From positions 1-64,000 of the forward strand of contig CT867987.1 of NCBI GenBank assembly GCA_000165425.1: DNA of 64,000 nucleotides. The letters run 5' to 3'. This stretch comes from Paramecium tetraurelia. Taxonomy: Eukaryota. Positions within the stretch are counted from its first letter, which is position 1, and each line of letters starts with the position of its first letter. Below are positions 39,940-54,410 of the stretch, piece by piece. The position numbers were made by a program, and so were the translations under genes. The notes under the pieces were generated by a model. That model ran no database searches. It was not told the origin of the DNA and saw only the letters and a program-made list of their open reading frames with translations.

Positions 39940-40797
39940 ATGATTGTTTAAAAATACAATAACTCATACCGAGTAGAATATTTTGCGTTATCTTTTACAC
40001 TATTTGCATAATAGATCTCTTGCTGCTTCTATTCTCTTGCTCATTTTTTATTATTCCATATTAATAGCAAGAATTCGAACAATAATACATAATTGAAAAA
40101 GTATAGTTGTAATTCACCTTAGGAAACCTCGGATTGGGAACTTGATTTAAATTAACAAGATTTTAAAAAGTTCATTATTGAAGGCTCATTGAATCAAGAA
40201 AGGTTCAAATTCAATCAGGTTCATAGAGATCCCTACTTGCTATTGAATTCCACTACTCTATTTCAGAAAACAGGTTTTCATGAATATTTTGGATACATTA
40301 ATTATCAGATAGCCAAACTCACAAAATCAAAAAAGTTATGTCTGCAACTAATGTATAATCAGAGATTCAAATAACAAATGATCTAAGAATTACCACAATG
40401 CAGTAATAACATTGGAGTATCTATAATACCTTGGTTTTGGAAGGGTGATTCAATACAATACTTGGCGGAGATCTGTTTGAAGGTTTCCATTGAGGATAAT
40501 TAATTATAATACTAAGGGGGATGTTATAACAATGGGTTTATTTACAAAGAATTGGGAAAGGACAACTTACAAACATTTGAGAATTTGTCCATTTATATTC
40601 GCCATGTGAATGACCCATACATAAGTGGAGTGGAATATTCAAATAATTATGAAAAGCCAAAACAGGATAACCATAATCAATTCCCTAAATTCATATATTA
40701 TTGTTTTTTATTTGGATGTGCAGGGATAATTTACTTGATATTTATATACTTGATATTGACTCTGAGAAGGAATAGTGAGAAGACACAATTTGTGTGA
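39940..40797 (+). CDS. Hypothetical membrane protein with C-terminal transmembrane helix
   Basis: 286-codon open code-6 frame; TM segment FIYYCFLFGCAGIIYLIFIYLIL; the true start may lie upstream. Confidence 0.6.
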
Positions 40798-40840
40798 ATA
40801 GAATATTGGTGATAAGTTGATGAAATAAATTGTAAATGTA

Positions 40841-42051
40841 TCATGCTTATTGTTATGTTTGCCTTTATTCGGCCACTCTATTTAATGATAATGTTATGGC
40901 TTTAGACCAATTTTCAACATAGAAATCGTATTATTCTTTCTCTTCTGGATTGAAATATTTGAAACATTCATCAGGTGGCATTTCTTTGCTAATAATGAGA
41001 GTTTGATATACGTGGAGGTGGTGGCAAAACAGGAATGGTCTCTTAGTAATTAATCTAATTTATCTTCTTCTGTGATTTTATGTTTGTTATGGGAGGATTG
41101 GACTTCTAAAAATTTGAGGGCATGCTTTTTGGTTCTAACATCTAGGCCTCCGTGATAGATTTCAAATGTGAATGAATAGGGAATCTAAAAATGATAAACT
41201 ATAAATAGTCTGCCTTCAAATCATCATAAGCATAATCCATTGAAGTACCTGGTGAAAGATATCCAATTTCATGGCCACAAGATCCCATTTTACAAGTCTC
41301 ACAATGTTTCTCTCTAACTTCTGTCAGGATCTGCATCATGTTGGAGAGATTCTCGGATGCTAAATATAGGAATTTATGCTCTACGTTATTCTTTGCTATA
41401 AGCATAGGGAGTGAAGAGTGCTAGGGTGCCAGAATGAATGGAGAAGAAAACGTGGGGTGAGAATTTCTTGAGTTCATCTCTCACTGTTTGGGTCTCGGCT
41501 TCTGAGAATGCAAAGGGTCCAGGAGCTGTTCTTACCATTTCTGGGTCGTGTTCCTGAGTAATTAGTGTTATGTACTTTAGACCAATGGGATTTGTAGTTT
41601 CGATTCAAATCGACTCCATTTTCATTTTCTCTTTTACAAAAATCTCCAGATTCAACTTTCTCTCTTGAGAGTGGATTTAGGTTGACTATCATTCTTAATT
41701 CGTAATTGTCTTTGATTGATTTCATTTCTTCATTTTCACTACAGAGTTTTTTGACAAAATGCAAACCCGTTTCTGGAGAGATCAATTCTCTTGCGTGTTC
41801 TCCGAAGAGTACAAAGCCCTTATTTGGTTTGTTCTGATTCTTGTTGAGAGTGACCATGGACAATTTGGGGTAATCTCTGACCATTTCCAATTCGACTCCA
41901 TCACACTTTTGTAGGGTTTATGCGATTTCGACATGAATATCCTAGATGGGTTGTTTTAGGTGAATAATACTGAGGAACGATGGTAAAAGGAGGGGAATCC
42001 AAGGGAATGAGCGATCGCAAAGATCAATGTAAACAGAATGAGCTTCTTCAT
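40841..42051 (-). CDS. Secreted M14 zinc carboxypeptidase
   Basis: Signal peptide MKKLILFTLIFAIAHS; GEHARELIS, NENGVDLNRN, SIHSG, GTSMDYAY and FTFEIY; small introns. Confidence 0.92.
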
Positions 42052-42085
42052 TTTTCTAATTTAATATACTTACTTATAATTTAAG

Positions 42086-45000
42086 ATGTCATATATAAGC
42101 TTTAAGGTAATAGCAGAGACGAGATATTTGCAAAATGTCAGAATCTGTGGCAACCATGTCTTACTTGGAGATTGGGATCCAAATCGTTCAATGATGTTGA
42201 GTACAACCAACAGTACCTATCCGGAATGGACTCACGAAAGCAAAATTCAAATTGATCCAAGTATGATCAATGTTTCATCTCGATAGCTGTCAGACTGGAA
42301 TTCAAGTGCTTAATACAAGATGGCGACAACTTCATTTGGGAAGAGGTTCCAAATCGGCTACACAAATGTGATTTCAGACGCAATTTTTTGATTATCACTT
42401 TCAATAAGGAAGAAATGAATGTCAGAACCTTTTAGAAATACGAAATCTCTCATGAATTCGTATAGGAAGACTTGAGTAAGATCTCTCAATTTATCCATTA
42501 TAGTGAATGTGTAAAGACTCAGTAGGTCCAGGGATTACGACCCATTTAATAATGATTTAGATTCAGTATTTAAACTACATTTATATTACAGTCTGACAAC
42601 GAGAGCCTGCCAGAATTGGTCAAGAAAATTACAGGAATCACGTAGATCTCCATCCGTTAATTGGAAAGTGATTGGAGAGACATTATCAGAGTAAACATAT
42701 AACTAAACATTCATAGACTCATTTTGAAGGCAAGCAAAAGTAAAAGTCCATATCGAAATTCCGCAAGATTTCAGAGCAGTACGGTTCTCCAGATATCGTA
42801 TTTGATTACAAAAGAAAGAGGTCCCAATCTTCCTCTCAAATTTTCACTGACTCCTTTGTCATATGCTTGACCTTGAAGATACCAATTTAAATAACCACTA
42901 TCGATTAATAAATTTAAGTAAGAACCAAAAAAGGTAATTAATTTACACTTTAATAAAAAGACATTCTTAATAAATATAAATTCACTTCCACCTAGGATCC
43001 CTATTATAACAACATGTACGATCTATTTAGCAATCGATTGAGTCTCAAAGCCATATGGATTGGATGGTTGGGAATTACAATCCCTGATGAAATAGAATTC
43101 AATCTTATCTAACAATACATGTATGCATTCCCTATCAAATTTAGTTATGATCAATATAAGTGTTATGGCATTCAATTGGATGAATCCAAATTATCCTGTT
43201 TCTCCCAATTTATAGAGCCAGTCTTTAGTAATTTAACTCCGCATTTGAAATTCGAATCAGAAGATGATTATATGACCATCAATCAAATATTTGCCAGATT
43301 TGTACAGGATGCCATGTTCTGCACACTTTTTAATAATCAATTCACTCACTTGCATTCGATCTTCATATTTGATTACCAACTCTTTATGATTCCTATTTTT
43401 CTTAAGGAAGGGCTGATAAAGAAGAATGAGTACAGACCTCGTATTTGCACTGTCATGAGAAGATCCTTTCCGAATCCTAAACAATTTAGAACATTCACTT
43501 TCAGTTAGATCATGCTCTCATCATTATTAATGAGTGATTTGATTTCACTAGTTGAATTGAAGGATTTACACAACTTTATATAGTGCATTCCATTCCAATA
43601 CCAAAAATTAACATAAGTAGCAGGAATGACTGCATTTACAATTGAGGTGTTGGGCAGAAAGATAATACTTGATTATGGAAATGTAGGTTTAGATGAAAAA
43701 CAATTAAATAATTTGATTTCTACAGAAGATTGCATAAATGAAGATTCAATCACACTCCTAGGTGTTGATAGTATTTCTGTCTAGAGTGGACTGAATCTCA
43801 AATTTTAAATTGTAGAATAACTGCATTCATCTGGACTCCATCAAATCTAATTGATCCAAATATTATACAAAAATAATGAAGACGATTTTGAAAATAATAC
43901 CTCGCTTCTCCTACTTCATGAAGAGTTAACCAACTTAGCTTAATCCATTAATAATAAATACTAGAAACCATTAATTCTATTAATATAAGATGCTTCTCAA
44001 TAAGACCGAATCAGATTATATAATAAGGCTGATGTTTTAATCAAAACTTCATTGAGAGATGTCATTTCATCAACTCACTTGGAGTATATATATGTCAGAC
44101 AGTCACAAAAGCAACGAGCAAAGATCATCTTAAGCCAATGGTGCAAATCTAAGGTAGAGCATTAAAAAATCAATCCCTTCAATATCAAAATGTCAGCTTA
44201 AATCATTTCTGATTATATTAAAAATGATCTGCCTTCAATTATTAATGTACCTAGCAGTAATGATTGGCTTCACAGATTAAATGATCATCTAAGCTATTGT
44301 GAGGATTATTGGCTTGATAAACAGTTGTATGATTCAGCCAAGGAACTTACAGTAGGATTGAAGGACAGATAGTTTTGCTCTATTGAAACCACCAAGATAA
44401 TCTCCAGATTCAATAACAATCAATAACACGATAATCAAAGAGTAATCATCTTGGCTTATACTGAAAGTTTCAAATAAAAAATACATAAAATTGATCAATT
44501 AGTTTAAGCACTCGAACAATTGGCCTAAGATGAAAATAATACCTTGATTTTGATATCAGATCAAGAATGCGAACTTCTAGAACTAACCTTTGGTTCCATC
44601 AACAATCTGTATATGATTGCCCAAGATGGCTTATTTATTAAGTAAAACAACTAAACTACGTTTTAATAAATTATTGACAAGGATGAAATGGTTGAAGCTA
44701 AACTGCAATAATTATCTTATCAAGAGCATTTCATTCTCTCTTAGAAAAATCTTATCTATACTATGTCATTTTAAGAGAAGATCCAGGACTCCAATGCTGC
44801 TGCCAACATCCTTATTTCAAATCTGATAAAAGAGTTAAGACTAGAGTTAGATGACTTTATAATCACCTAAGATAATTACTCCATCAAAATCAAACATCAA
44901 TATCAACAGATCGAGGAATTGTTGAAGATCATCATTGTGAATGAGGTAGATAAGAAAGGATTGGTTTCTTTTGCAAGCCTTATCTCTTTCGATCGATAAT

Positions 45001-45203
45001 GGCTAGAAAAAATTATCTAGATTTTTCAATTTGCTAATATGCCTTTAAATAAAGTAAGCATGTCATTTTTATGATAATAGAAATTCCACTGCGTTTCCAT
45101 CTCAGATCAAATAGGAAAGAATAGCAATCTTGTAATTGAAACTACTTAAGATATTATATTATTGTTAAATAGGTATGCTATCGAGAGCAAAGATAAAAAA
45201 TGA
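42086..45203 (+). CDS. CBM20 starch-binding + GT20 trehalose-6-phosphate synthase + TPP-like protein, catalytically degenerate
   Basis: CBM20: VRICGNHVLLGDWDP..YPEW. GT20-like: IWIGWLG, IFDYQLFMIP, SFPNPKQFR, LLGVDSI, ADVLIKTSLRD, IILSQW and INPFNI. HAD-like region RVIILAYTES. Many introns; TGA 45201-45203. Confidence 0.8.
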
Positions 45204-45220
45204 AATTTATATAACTACAA

Positions 45221-46789
45221 TCAACCTACTGATTAAAAAAAATTATGTGGAAAGTACCCTCTTACTTAATTCTTGTCTTCTCCATACCACCACCCATTCG
45301 TTGTTTTCTTTAACAGTTTAATCTGATCTCCCTTCTTAAAACTTAAATCTACATCCTGCCTAAATCAATTTAATTTCTTTACTTTTTATGCTTTATAATC
45401 ATATTTTGCTATAACATATTAACAATTTTATTATTGGTTCTCCTTATTTCTTTTTGATTATTTATCCTGTTCTCTGAATACGTGCTGATCCATGTAGATA
45501 GTCTCATTTTCATTACTCTCCTAGACAATTTGAAAATAATTAGAATTCTCGCAGATTTCCTGGTTCATTCTATTGGCTGCATTTAACTATAAGGCTAATT
45601 GATTCCTTTATTTTTCTTTATTTAACACTCTCTGCTTCTCAATTGTGTCTAATTCTGTAAAATATGGGTTAGCCTATGTTATAGATAAAGGCCCACTTGC
45701 ATCTAAGAAGGAATGATATTATTCATGCAAAGAAGCCGAAGCATTTCGAATTGGTTTTAGAGGTTCAGGAGGTGGAGGAGTGTTATTGGTTCTTTGAATT
45801 GAATGTTTGGTAACATTGTTGATTTTATTTCGAAAGGATATTTCCAAAGATTCATTCAATTTTAAAGATTCAACAGTTTAAAAGAAGCCATTGACATCGA
45901 ATTCCTCTGGCAGCACACAATTCCTAAGTGCTGGTAAGTTGAGATTCTAAGTTTTGGAAATGAACTCTAGAATAAATGCTGTTGAGTGTTTCGATATTTA
46001 AATGAGGGATTCATAAGCCTATGTGACTTAGGGTTGGAAATGTAACACAATTTTCTAAAAAAAGGATAGAAACTCTATACAGAGTAAACAATTATCACAG
46101 ATAAATGATTTCAATCCATTATTGATTGCTATTTAATCCTATAATTGTTTAGTTAAGGATTCGCTTTTCTTCTGTTCCATTTATAGATTTTATTTCAAAG
46201 GTTTCATGGATTGAATTTGTTCGTTGATATGGAGTAATTGATTCTAATAGAGCTGACGTTCGCGTTATAGATTTTGGTGCAGATCTTTATTAGTTAATTC
46301 TGATGATTAATACTTTTTTTTTAATTCATTTAGGGTTAATTACAATTTTGTCAATTAGTCTTTCAAATCTTGGTTGTCTTTTAGAATTTTCTAGTAGTAC
46401 TCATCTTTATTGAGGATATTTTCAATGATCATGTTGGCCATGGCATTGCTTGAATTCAGGAAGAGTGCATCTTATTCAGTAATTTGATTAAAATTCAATT
46501 TTCTGTTACTTCTTTATTTTTGAGGAGTGGTAGTGGGTGAAATTGATTTGGTTTATCTTTAATTGTTCTATGCGTTTCCAAGAATTTATAATAGTTCTTA
46601 TTTGTTATTTAACTATTTTGAAGGCTCTTTTTTATTGACGATTTAGATCTGAGTTTGAAGTTATTGTTATGACTTTTATTGAATCTGCAGTACTCCATCA
46701 ACGCTTTGGTTTAATTTCTGGTGTTATGAGAATGCTCCAGGTTTTATTTGAATTTTATTATTAGGCACTAATTTCTAAAGTGAATACAT
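45221..46789 (-). CDS. Coiled-coil protein with Pro-rich motif and C-terminal SH3 domain
   Basis: YVIAKYDYKAQK|DVDLSFKKGDQI..NGWWYGE..GYFPHNF; TPPPPEPLKP upstream. Confidence 0.85.
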
Positions 46790-46850
46790 TTTAAATTTAA
46801 TTATCGTTATATCATAATTCGATATTATTTTGATTTTACATTACAAAAAT

Positions 46851-49117
46851 TCACTCATTTGATTTGAAAACAATAGCACACCTATTTGGCAAATAAATTT
46901 GTATATGATTAGGTCTTCCCTACCACCCTTCTCTGACTAAGGTGAATGGCTTATCATATTATGGAGAAACCCTTGAATGTCCCCCAAACCTCACATCGTC
47001 GGTATCCAAAACTATAAAATGATCTCCATTAAATTTGGTTCCTACTTTGAAATGCTCATAAGACTAACTTAAATATGATTATGCATACTTGTGAGGGATG
47101 AAAGTTGAATACAAAAAGCAATGAACCCCTTTCAAAGATGATGACTTTCATGTCATTATGCTTCTCAGTAACCCATTATTGGCCATCAGGTAACCAGGGA
47201 TTCTTAGATTCTAAACTGAGCATCTCAATATCGAATTATAATAGTTTAGAAAACCTTAAAGTTTAATTGTCAGCTAAATCCCATCTTCTTGTTGCATGAT
47301 GATACGACCACCCATTGCCTTCTCTTGGAAAATCAATCCATTCAGGATGGCCAAACTCGTTCCCCATAAAAGTTAGATAGCCTTCACCTCCAAGAGCAAA
47401 GGTTATCAATCTGATCATCTTATGCAAAGCCATTCCTCTGAAAGTGACCAAGGTTTCTGGTGTAAGAGTGCTCATCTAAGTGTATATCTCCTTGTCAAAC
47501 AGCCACATCGACAAGGTCTTATCTCCAACCAAAGCCTAATCATGACATTCAGCATAACAGATACAATTTTCAAGATGTCTTCTATTCGTAAGAGTGTTAG
47601 TGATGTCTTCCATATCCCAATCATCATCCTTTATTTCCTTTAACAATTTAATCCATTTGTCTGGTACTGCCATAGCCATTCTATAATCGAATCCGATTCC
47701 TCCCTCTTTAATTGTCCTGCACAATGAAGGATATCCAGATACTTCTTCTGCAATAGTTATTGCATCTGGATTGATTTCATGAATTAAATCATTTGCCAAC
47801 ATCAAATAAACCAAAGAGTCTAGGTCTGCTTGTTCATTGAAATATTCATGTAAGCCTCCAGTGTATCCCTGTCCATTACCATGATGAACATACAACATGG
47901 AGGTTATACCATCAAATCGGAAACCATCAAATTAGTATTCGTTGATCCACCATGACAAATTTGAGAGCAGGAATCTCATCACTTCCCATTTAGAATAGTC
48001 GAACACTTTGGAGTCCCATAAATCATGATTACCCTTTGTTCCCGCATGGAAATATTGATATTCTGTTCCGTCCCATTAATTTATCCCATCCTACACATTA
48101 CTAGATGCGTGACTATGTACTAAATCCATTAATACATGTATCCCGTATTGATGGGCTGTATCAATCAGTTCCTTCAAATCGTCTGGACTGCCAAATCTAC
48201 TACTTACTGCAAAGAAATTCGTAACATGATACCCAAAACTACCATAATACGCATGCTCCTATATTGCCATTATCTAAATCACGTTGTATCCTAATTTAAC
48301 CACTCTTGGTAAAACTTACTGCGTGAATTCTTTGAAAGTGTGAACTCGTGGCTCAATTCCTGCCATCCCTATATGCACCTCATATATTTTCAAACTCTTT
48401 GGCTTCACAGGCCTACCATGCTTGAACTCGTATTTATTCTCTGGATTGTGGAAGACTCCATCAAACATCTGAAAAATAAATTTATAAATCAAAAATACTT
48501 TATTTTCTTCATTTTGCCAGGTTGCTCTAATCCATGCAGGTATCTTATAAACATACTCATCTTTGGCATTCTTTATGTAAGTCTTCACTCTAGAACCATG
48601 GGCTATCACATATGTTCCATCTTCATTTCTGGGCAGAAATATCTCCCAATTTCCGAAGGTATCTGAAGTCAAAGAATACTGAGTTTTATCCCAATTATTA
48701 AAATCCCCAGTTAGATATACTTCCTTAGCTCCAGGAGCCCATTCCTTGTACAATATCCCTGACTCTGAGACAACAAAGCCATATTTTTCATAACTAAGGC
48801 AATTATAGATTAAAAATACCCTTTGGCAAAATCTTTGAGAGATGATTCAACTTTGACTATTTGTTCTAGTTATTCAAAAAATCTTGCATTTCTAATTGAG
48901 AAATGTTATTTGTATGGTTGAAGTTGGTGATCATCTTTGAAGATTTTCAATTCGTCGATGTTCTTCTCATATCTTTGAGTAAATTCCTGGTTTTCTAGGA
49001 CGGATTGCTAGATGAGATGGGATGTGGTACTTAATAGAAGAGGGAGTTCTTTTTTTGCAATCTTCTACCTGAGACTGATTTGGTTGATATGGCACTTCCT
49101 TGATCAATATATTACAT
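46851..49117 (-). CDS. GBE1: 1,4-alpha-glucan (glycogen) branching enzyme, GH13_8-like
   Basis: [71 protein letters not shown] and [16 protein letters not shown]. Confidence 0.97.
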
Positions 49118-49256
49118 TATTATTAATATTTTAAGATTTAATATGAGCAAGAGATGATCATAATCAAATGAGTGAGTTAAATAAATGATGTCAAGGGGTT
49201 TATTGATTAAGAAAAAAAGGGAAAAATCGTATCTAAATATATTATAATTAATTTAA

Positions 49257-50288
49257 ATGGCTGGAGAGAAAATTTCAGGATAGGGGAAACGCAAGTGCTA
49301 ACCAAGATGTCAAGAGCATTAGTTTAATCTCAATCCAAAAAATTAAAAGTGTTGGTTTAAGTCACCCACTAACATAGATTTCTGTCCCTTGTACAACGAT
49401 GCTGTAATAGATATATAATATAATGTATAGCTGGCCTGTTTTGAAAATATCGTTCCAGTCTTTAATTAAGATGAACAACAATGTTTGCCCGGTTTCATTT
49501 TAGAAGTGGACAGAGTAAGAATTGGCTGTCTAATATTTACATTAGAATGACTACTTGAGGAGCATGCAAAAATACAAAGAAGATCATCAAAGAAAGATCC
49601 AAGAATATACGATGAAGAAGACCAAATTGGTAATCGATTTAGTTAAGTTTAGTAAATTCCAAAACCCGGCCGCAAGCATAGGTATTGTGGAGTGTGTCGT
49701 AAACCTTATTAAGATTATTTGGAAGTAATGAAGATATTCCTAAAACATAGCATATAAAATCTTCGGATCACATAAATTGCTTTAACAGACATGATTTTGT
49801 CCATGTGATACTCAAAATAATAGATGAAGATTATAAATCAAGAGATGAAAATAAAAATTAAAACGATTCCAGCACTTACCCTGCCAAAGTCGTGATGCCT
49901 AAAAAAAGGGGTCCAAAGCCAAAAGTTCAAGTGGAACAAGGAGAACCTAAAAAGAGAGGAAGAAAACCTCTTGAACCTCAGCCCGCAAAGCGAATTAAAA
50001 CCCAACAAATGAGGGAAGTTATGATCCCAGTTAGACAATAACAACCTCATCCTCCTCCACCTCCACAGCCATTCTTTCCTTAGCCATACTACTTTCAATA
50101 CCATCCTTTGAATTAGATGATTCAATATGGGGCATTGCAAATACCACCACAATTTCGTGTTGGTTTCCCGTTCCAAATGCCAGTTGTCTCAGATATGTAA
50201 ATGGAAATGAAATGCGAAGATATGAGTAACTTATTCAATTACCTTAGTTATAGATGGCAAAATAGAGGATCGTCCTCAATTTGATTGA
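49257..50288 (+). CDS. Dbf4-type zinc-finger protein with AT-hook-like motif and Pro-rich tail
   Basis: RYCGVCRKPYQDYLE|HIKSSDH matches the zf-DBF pattern; KKRGPKPK follows; several small introns; 5' exon structure uncertain. Confidence 0.65.
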
Positions 50289-50386
50289 ATATTATAATAA
50301 TTATTATATTTCAACACCTAAATAAAACCATCCTAAATTCTCTCTTCACATAAAAAATCAACCTCAAACACTCCCTCACTTCATTA

Positions 50387-53232
50387 ATGTTTCATAAAAA
50401 CAACCAAAGTGCTGTCTACTCAAACAGCAGCATCCTACATAGAAAATAACTCTACTTATCCACTGAAACATTCATCTGGATGAACTTTGTCAATATCCTA
50501 ACAGGAATACTTCAAAATACTAAAACTCATCTCATTTTTGAACCTAATGCTATATATTTGGCAGGTATTTCACCCATTATGACATAGGCCATGATGAAGA
50601 TTAATTGCGAGTAGCCCAATTCAAAATCGAATACATTGCCTTCCAAGAGTTCAAAATGATCTATGTCATGAAGGATCAACGAACTATATACTCCTATAAA
50701 CCATATACTTCCATATTCTATTCCAAAAACTACAAGGACCTCTACTCTAAATATCGAGGAACTTGCTTATTTGTTAAGGACAAGCTGATAAAGGAACAGA
50801 AGCAATTGCAAGATTAAACTGGCTATTAAAAGGATTTTGATTTTGAGAAATATGAATCTTTTGTGATTGCCTGGGTTCCTAAGAAGAAAGAATAAAAAAT
50901 CTCTAAATTATTTCAAACTTGGATTGCTGAGTATAATCAATCTAATACCTTTACTCCAAAACTTGAATTAAGGCCGACAATGAATAAAGAATACTTTAAT
51001 GATGCTGACCCTCTCTAATAAATTGCCATGACTTATATTGATTTTATTCTTTTCTATTCTGAAAATGATGTAGAATAATTCCAATTGCAAAATAAAATTT
51101 TGATTAAATTGGTTGATGATGGAAGAAAAATTCAATTCAAAATCTATTCATCCAATCTACTTTATTGCCAATAGGCTTAACAAAATATTAATGATTTTTT
51201 GAATTAGCAATCTTTGGAAATATTCAATATGGAATTGTTTGATCTGTGTGAAGACTTTGACAAGTTCCTTTTTGATTTGGAAGGAATATTGAAGAAAAAA
51301 TGCAATTTGCCTGTCAGATTATATAAACTCGATTCGATTCTATCCTTAGTTAAAGAGATTGATCGAAAATTCGACACTTAAATTCAAAATTATGTTTACA
51401 GCCTCAGATTTAAGTAATGTTTATTTTATTCTAAACAACGAGAAAATACTCAAGCTTCAAAAGTTATTAAAGATATTGTTGAATTAAGGCTGAAATTTAA
51501 TTAAATAATGAAGAAGAAATAATTGGAGATGTCATATTTATCGTAATCATTCCAAAGTAATAAATCCTCATTGCTTAATACTCAATAATGCAAATCTTCT
51601 ATCCTGCCTTAAATAATTAAAGATAAAGAGTAATTAATCCCTTAGGAATACAGAGAGTAATCTATTCATCCAGACAGTACATCTAAATATCAATATGATA
51701 AAAATTCAAGTAGTTTTTCATTCGAACAAAAATCAAGAGTAACCAAAGAAAATATTTAATAGATTTAAAAAGGAACTATGAATGATTAATTTCAAAAAAA
51801 ATCAGATTATTCAAATGGGGGAACTTATAATTCAATGGAATCATTAAAAAAAAATTAAAATAGTTTCGATAGCATTGATAATAGTGATACGAATGAATTG
51901 CAAGAATTTTGCAATGATCTCAACTTAAAATCGCAAGTTCAAAATAAAAAGAACAAAATCTTTGAAGAAGAAAAGGTCTCTTAAATGATTTCAATCCATC
52001 ACATTTCACATCAATTTGTTAGGTAGATACTGTAAATAGGGTTTGATTAAAATTCAATTGTGTATAAATTAAAAGATTAGATGGTATTGCATTTAAAAGA
52101 TTGGGAATAAAGTTTAAGAGACTTTTTAATAAATTAAGATATCTAAATTAATGATTTAGAGTTTATTGTTGCTGATGATTAAATAACAATAAATACTAAA
52201 TTGAATTATCAATATGTTTCTGCTATTTGCGATTAATTTTTTTCAGGTACAACTTGCTTCGTTGTACGATTAAATTAAAATTCTTTGGATTTTAGAGATG
52301 AATTAAAGGACTCTTATGAAATAGAATCAAAGCAAACATAATACTAATAGATTGGATTAATTACAAAAAAATAATATGAATAATTGCAGGTTGATGAAAA
52401 GGGTAAGTATTTGGCTATGGAGATATAAAATTATATGTACTTTGAAAAAAATATCTAATAAAGAATTAATTAATTCATCAATAAAACAGAGTTAGATGAA
52501 CCTCAACCTATATCTGAATTGGGTAAGATGATAATTGTATTGTCACAATCGTAATTAAATTACTTAGAAGAAAATTATCAGGAACCATTATGCAATAGAT
52601 TGATTAAATTTGGAAAATACCTATCAAACGCATTTTATTTTGTGGAGATAGAAAACAATAAAAAATAGTTTTATGAGGAAGCATAAGATTAGCTTAAAAA
52701 AATAGGTTATGAAATGGTGGAAGATTATTGTAATAGAAAAAAGTAGAAATACAAGAATTAGCAGATAATTCAATTAAAATAAAATAGCTGGAAGTTATGC
52801 ATATATTCTAATATAAATAAGTTTTATACTAAATTAATAAATGATCTATTAGAAATCAAATTAAATGAGAAGGAATATCTCTAAATATTTTAAGGAGGCT
52901 TAAAGCTATCTGAGCTTTAAATAGATTTGGGGAAATTTTAAGTAAAGCATGAGAAGGACATAGGCATATTGGAATAAATATTATTGGGGGAGTAAAATTG
53001 TAATTATTATAATTTAATCGATTAAGATAAATGTGCATCTCAAAAAATAGATCAGTTTACACCAGGAAATTATTTGACTATAGTTGTTAGATCAGATCAA
53101 TTACCTATAGAAAACACAAATCACCTTCAACCTGATACGACTCTCATCAGGTAATTTATTTAATATTATAATTTAAGAGGTTATTATGAAGTACAAGGTA
53201 ATCATATCAAATAATAACAATAAAACTGTTGA
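50387..53232 (+). CDS. Large hypothetical protein (possible N-terminal GRAM/PH-like segment)
   Basis: Long code-6 frame, about 900 codons, with introns near 50565, 53000 and 53151; TGA 53230-53232; GILQNTKTHLIFEP near the N-terminus. Confidence 0.7.
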
Positions 53233-53815
53233 AATTATATATATATATATATGCATATATTTTAATTTTTATAAATATTTTACTTTAAACATAAAATTGG
53301 TTAATTAAAATTCTTAACTTTGATATTGAATTAAACATAGATTGATATGTTTTGTGTATACAAAATAATTGCAGTTGAGATGATATAATTTATACATTAA
53401 TTATACATTCTTTATACTACAACTTATAGAGGAAGGAAACTTGCTTTTAACAATGTTAAAAATTGTGTAACATGGTTGGCAGTGATTTACAATGAAAAAT
53501 CTCCATTTCAACAATTCTAATATCTACTCTATTCTTGCCAATACAATTATATGTTAAAGATTTTTTATTTCTAATCTCAATGTTATGTTATAGAAGGACA
53601 ATTAATATTTTTGATTAATAGATTTTCTGAATAATCTATTTTAGAATATTTTATAGGTATTGCATTACTATAATATGCTTCAATCATTTATTCCAAATTG
53701 AATAGATTTTAGAAAACATAGATTTTAATAGATTGAGGACTATTAAACATACTCAATATATAATAAGTGTTTATTATGAATATCCATATATTTTATATTT
53801 TATAATTAATTATTA

Positions 53816-54304
53816 ATGTCTGGTAGTGACTCAGAACTTGAGATGGTACCTTTTGAGGTAGCAAAGTAAGCAGAGGTTCAAAGAAAAAGATAAGTGGCTG
53901 AATAGAAAACATAGGCAAACATGAAGAAACAATAGTAGAAGGAATAGATTAAGCAAAAAATTAAAAATGATAAGGAAATACAATTGAAAGCTAAACAAAA
54001 AAATTTATTTGAAGAAGAACCTCCTGAATAAAGTAGCAGCACTTAGTCACATTTCACTAATAATAAAATTGATGAATCATTCCAAAGGAATTTGAATGAA
54101 AAATTATCTGAAAAAGTTATTAAATCCATTAAAATGCCACAAATATAATAAGCAACTACTATTCCAATTGAAATCAAATCTAAAAAAAGTATGCAGTGTC
54201 CATTATCATAGTCATCAAAAGATTTAATGAAAAAGTTACAATAGAAACATTAGGAAGAGATATAAATCACAAGCAAAACTCGTAATAATCACTAAATTTC
54301 CTGA
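53816..54304 (+). CDS. Small charged coiled-coil protein
   Basis: 163-codon intronless frame starting MSGSDSELEMVPFEVAKQAEVQRKRQ. Confidence 0.7.
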
Positions 54305-54410
54305 AATAGCATTTGGTTGATAAGCAGTAAAGAGTTCCGATTTCCAAGATAATTCCTAAAAAAATTTGAGTTGTCCTTAGTTTTGTTTAATATTTATTTT
54401 GATTAATATT

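Noticed and set aside
47422..48666. Plus-strand ORFs over the branching enzyme
   Set aside because: Antisense shadows of GBE1.
53236..53252. (TA)n run
   Set aside because: Short microsatellite in a 3' flank, expected at this AT content.
53340..53740. Short AT-rich ORF-like stretch
   Set aside because: No motif and ambiguous frame.
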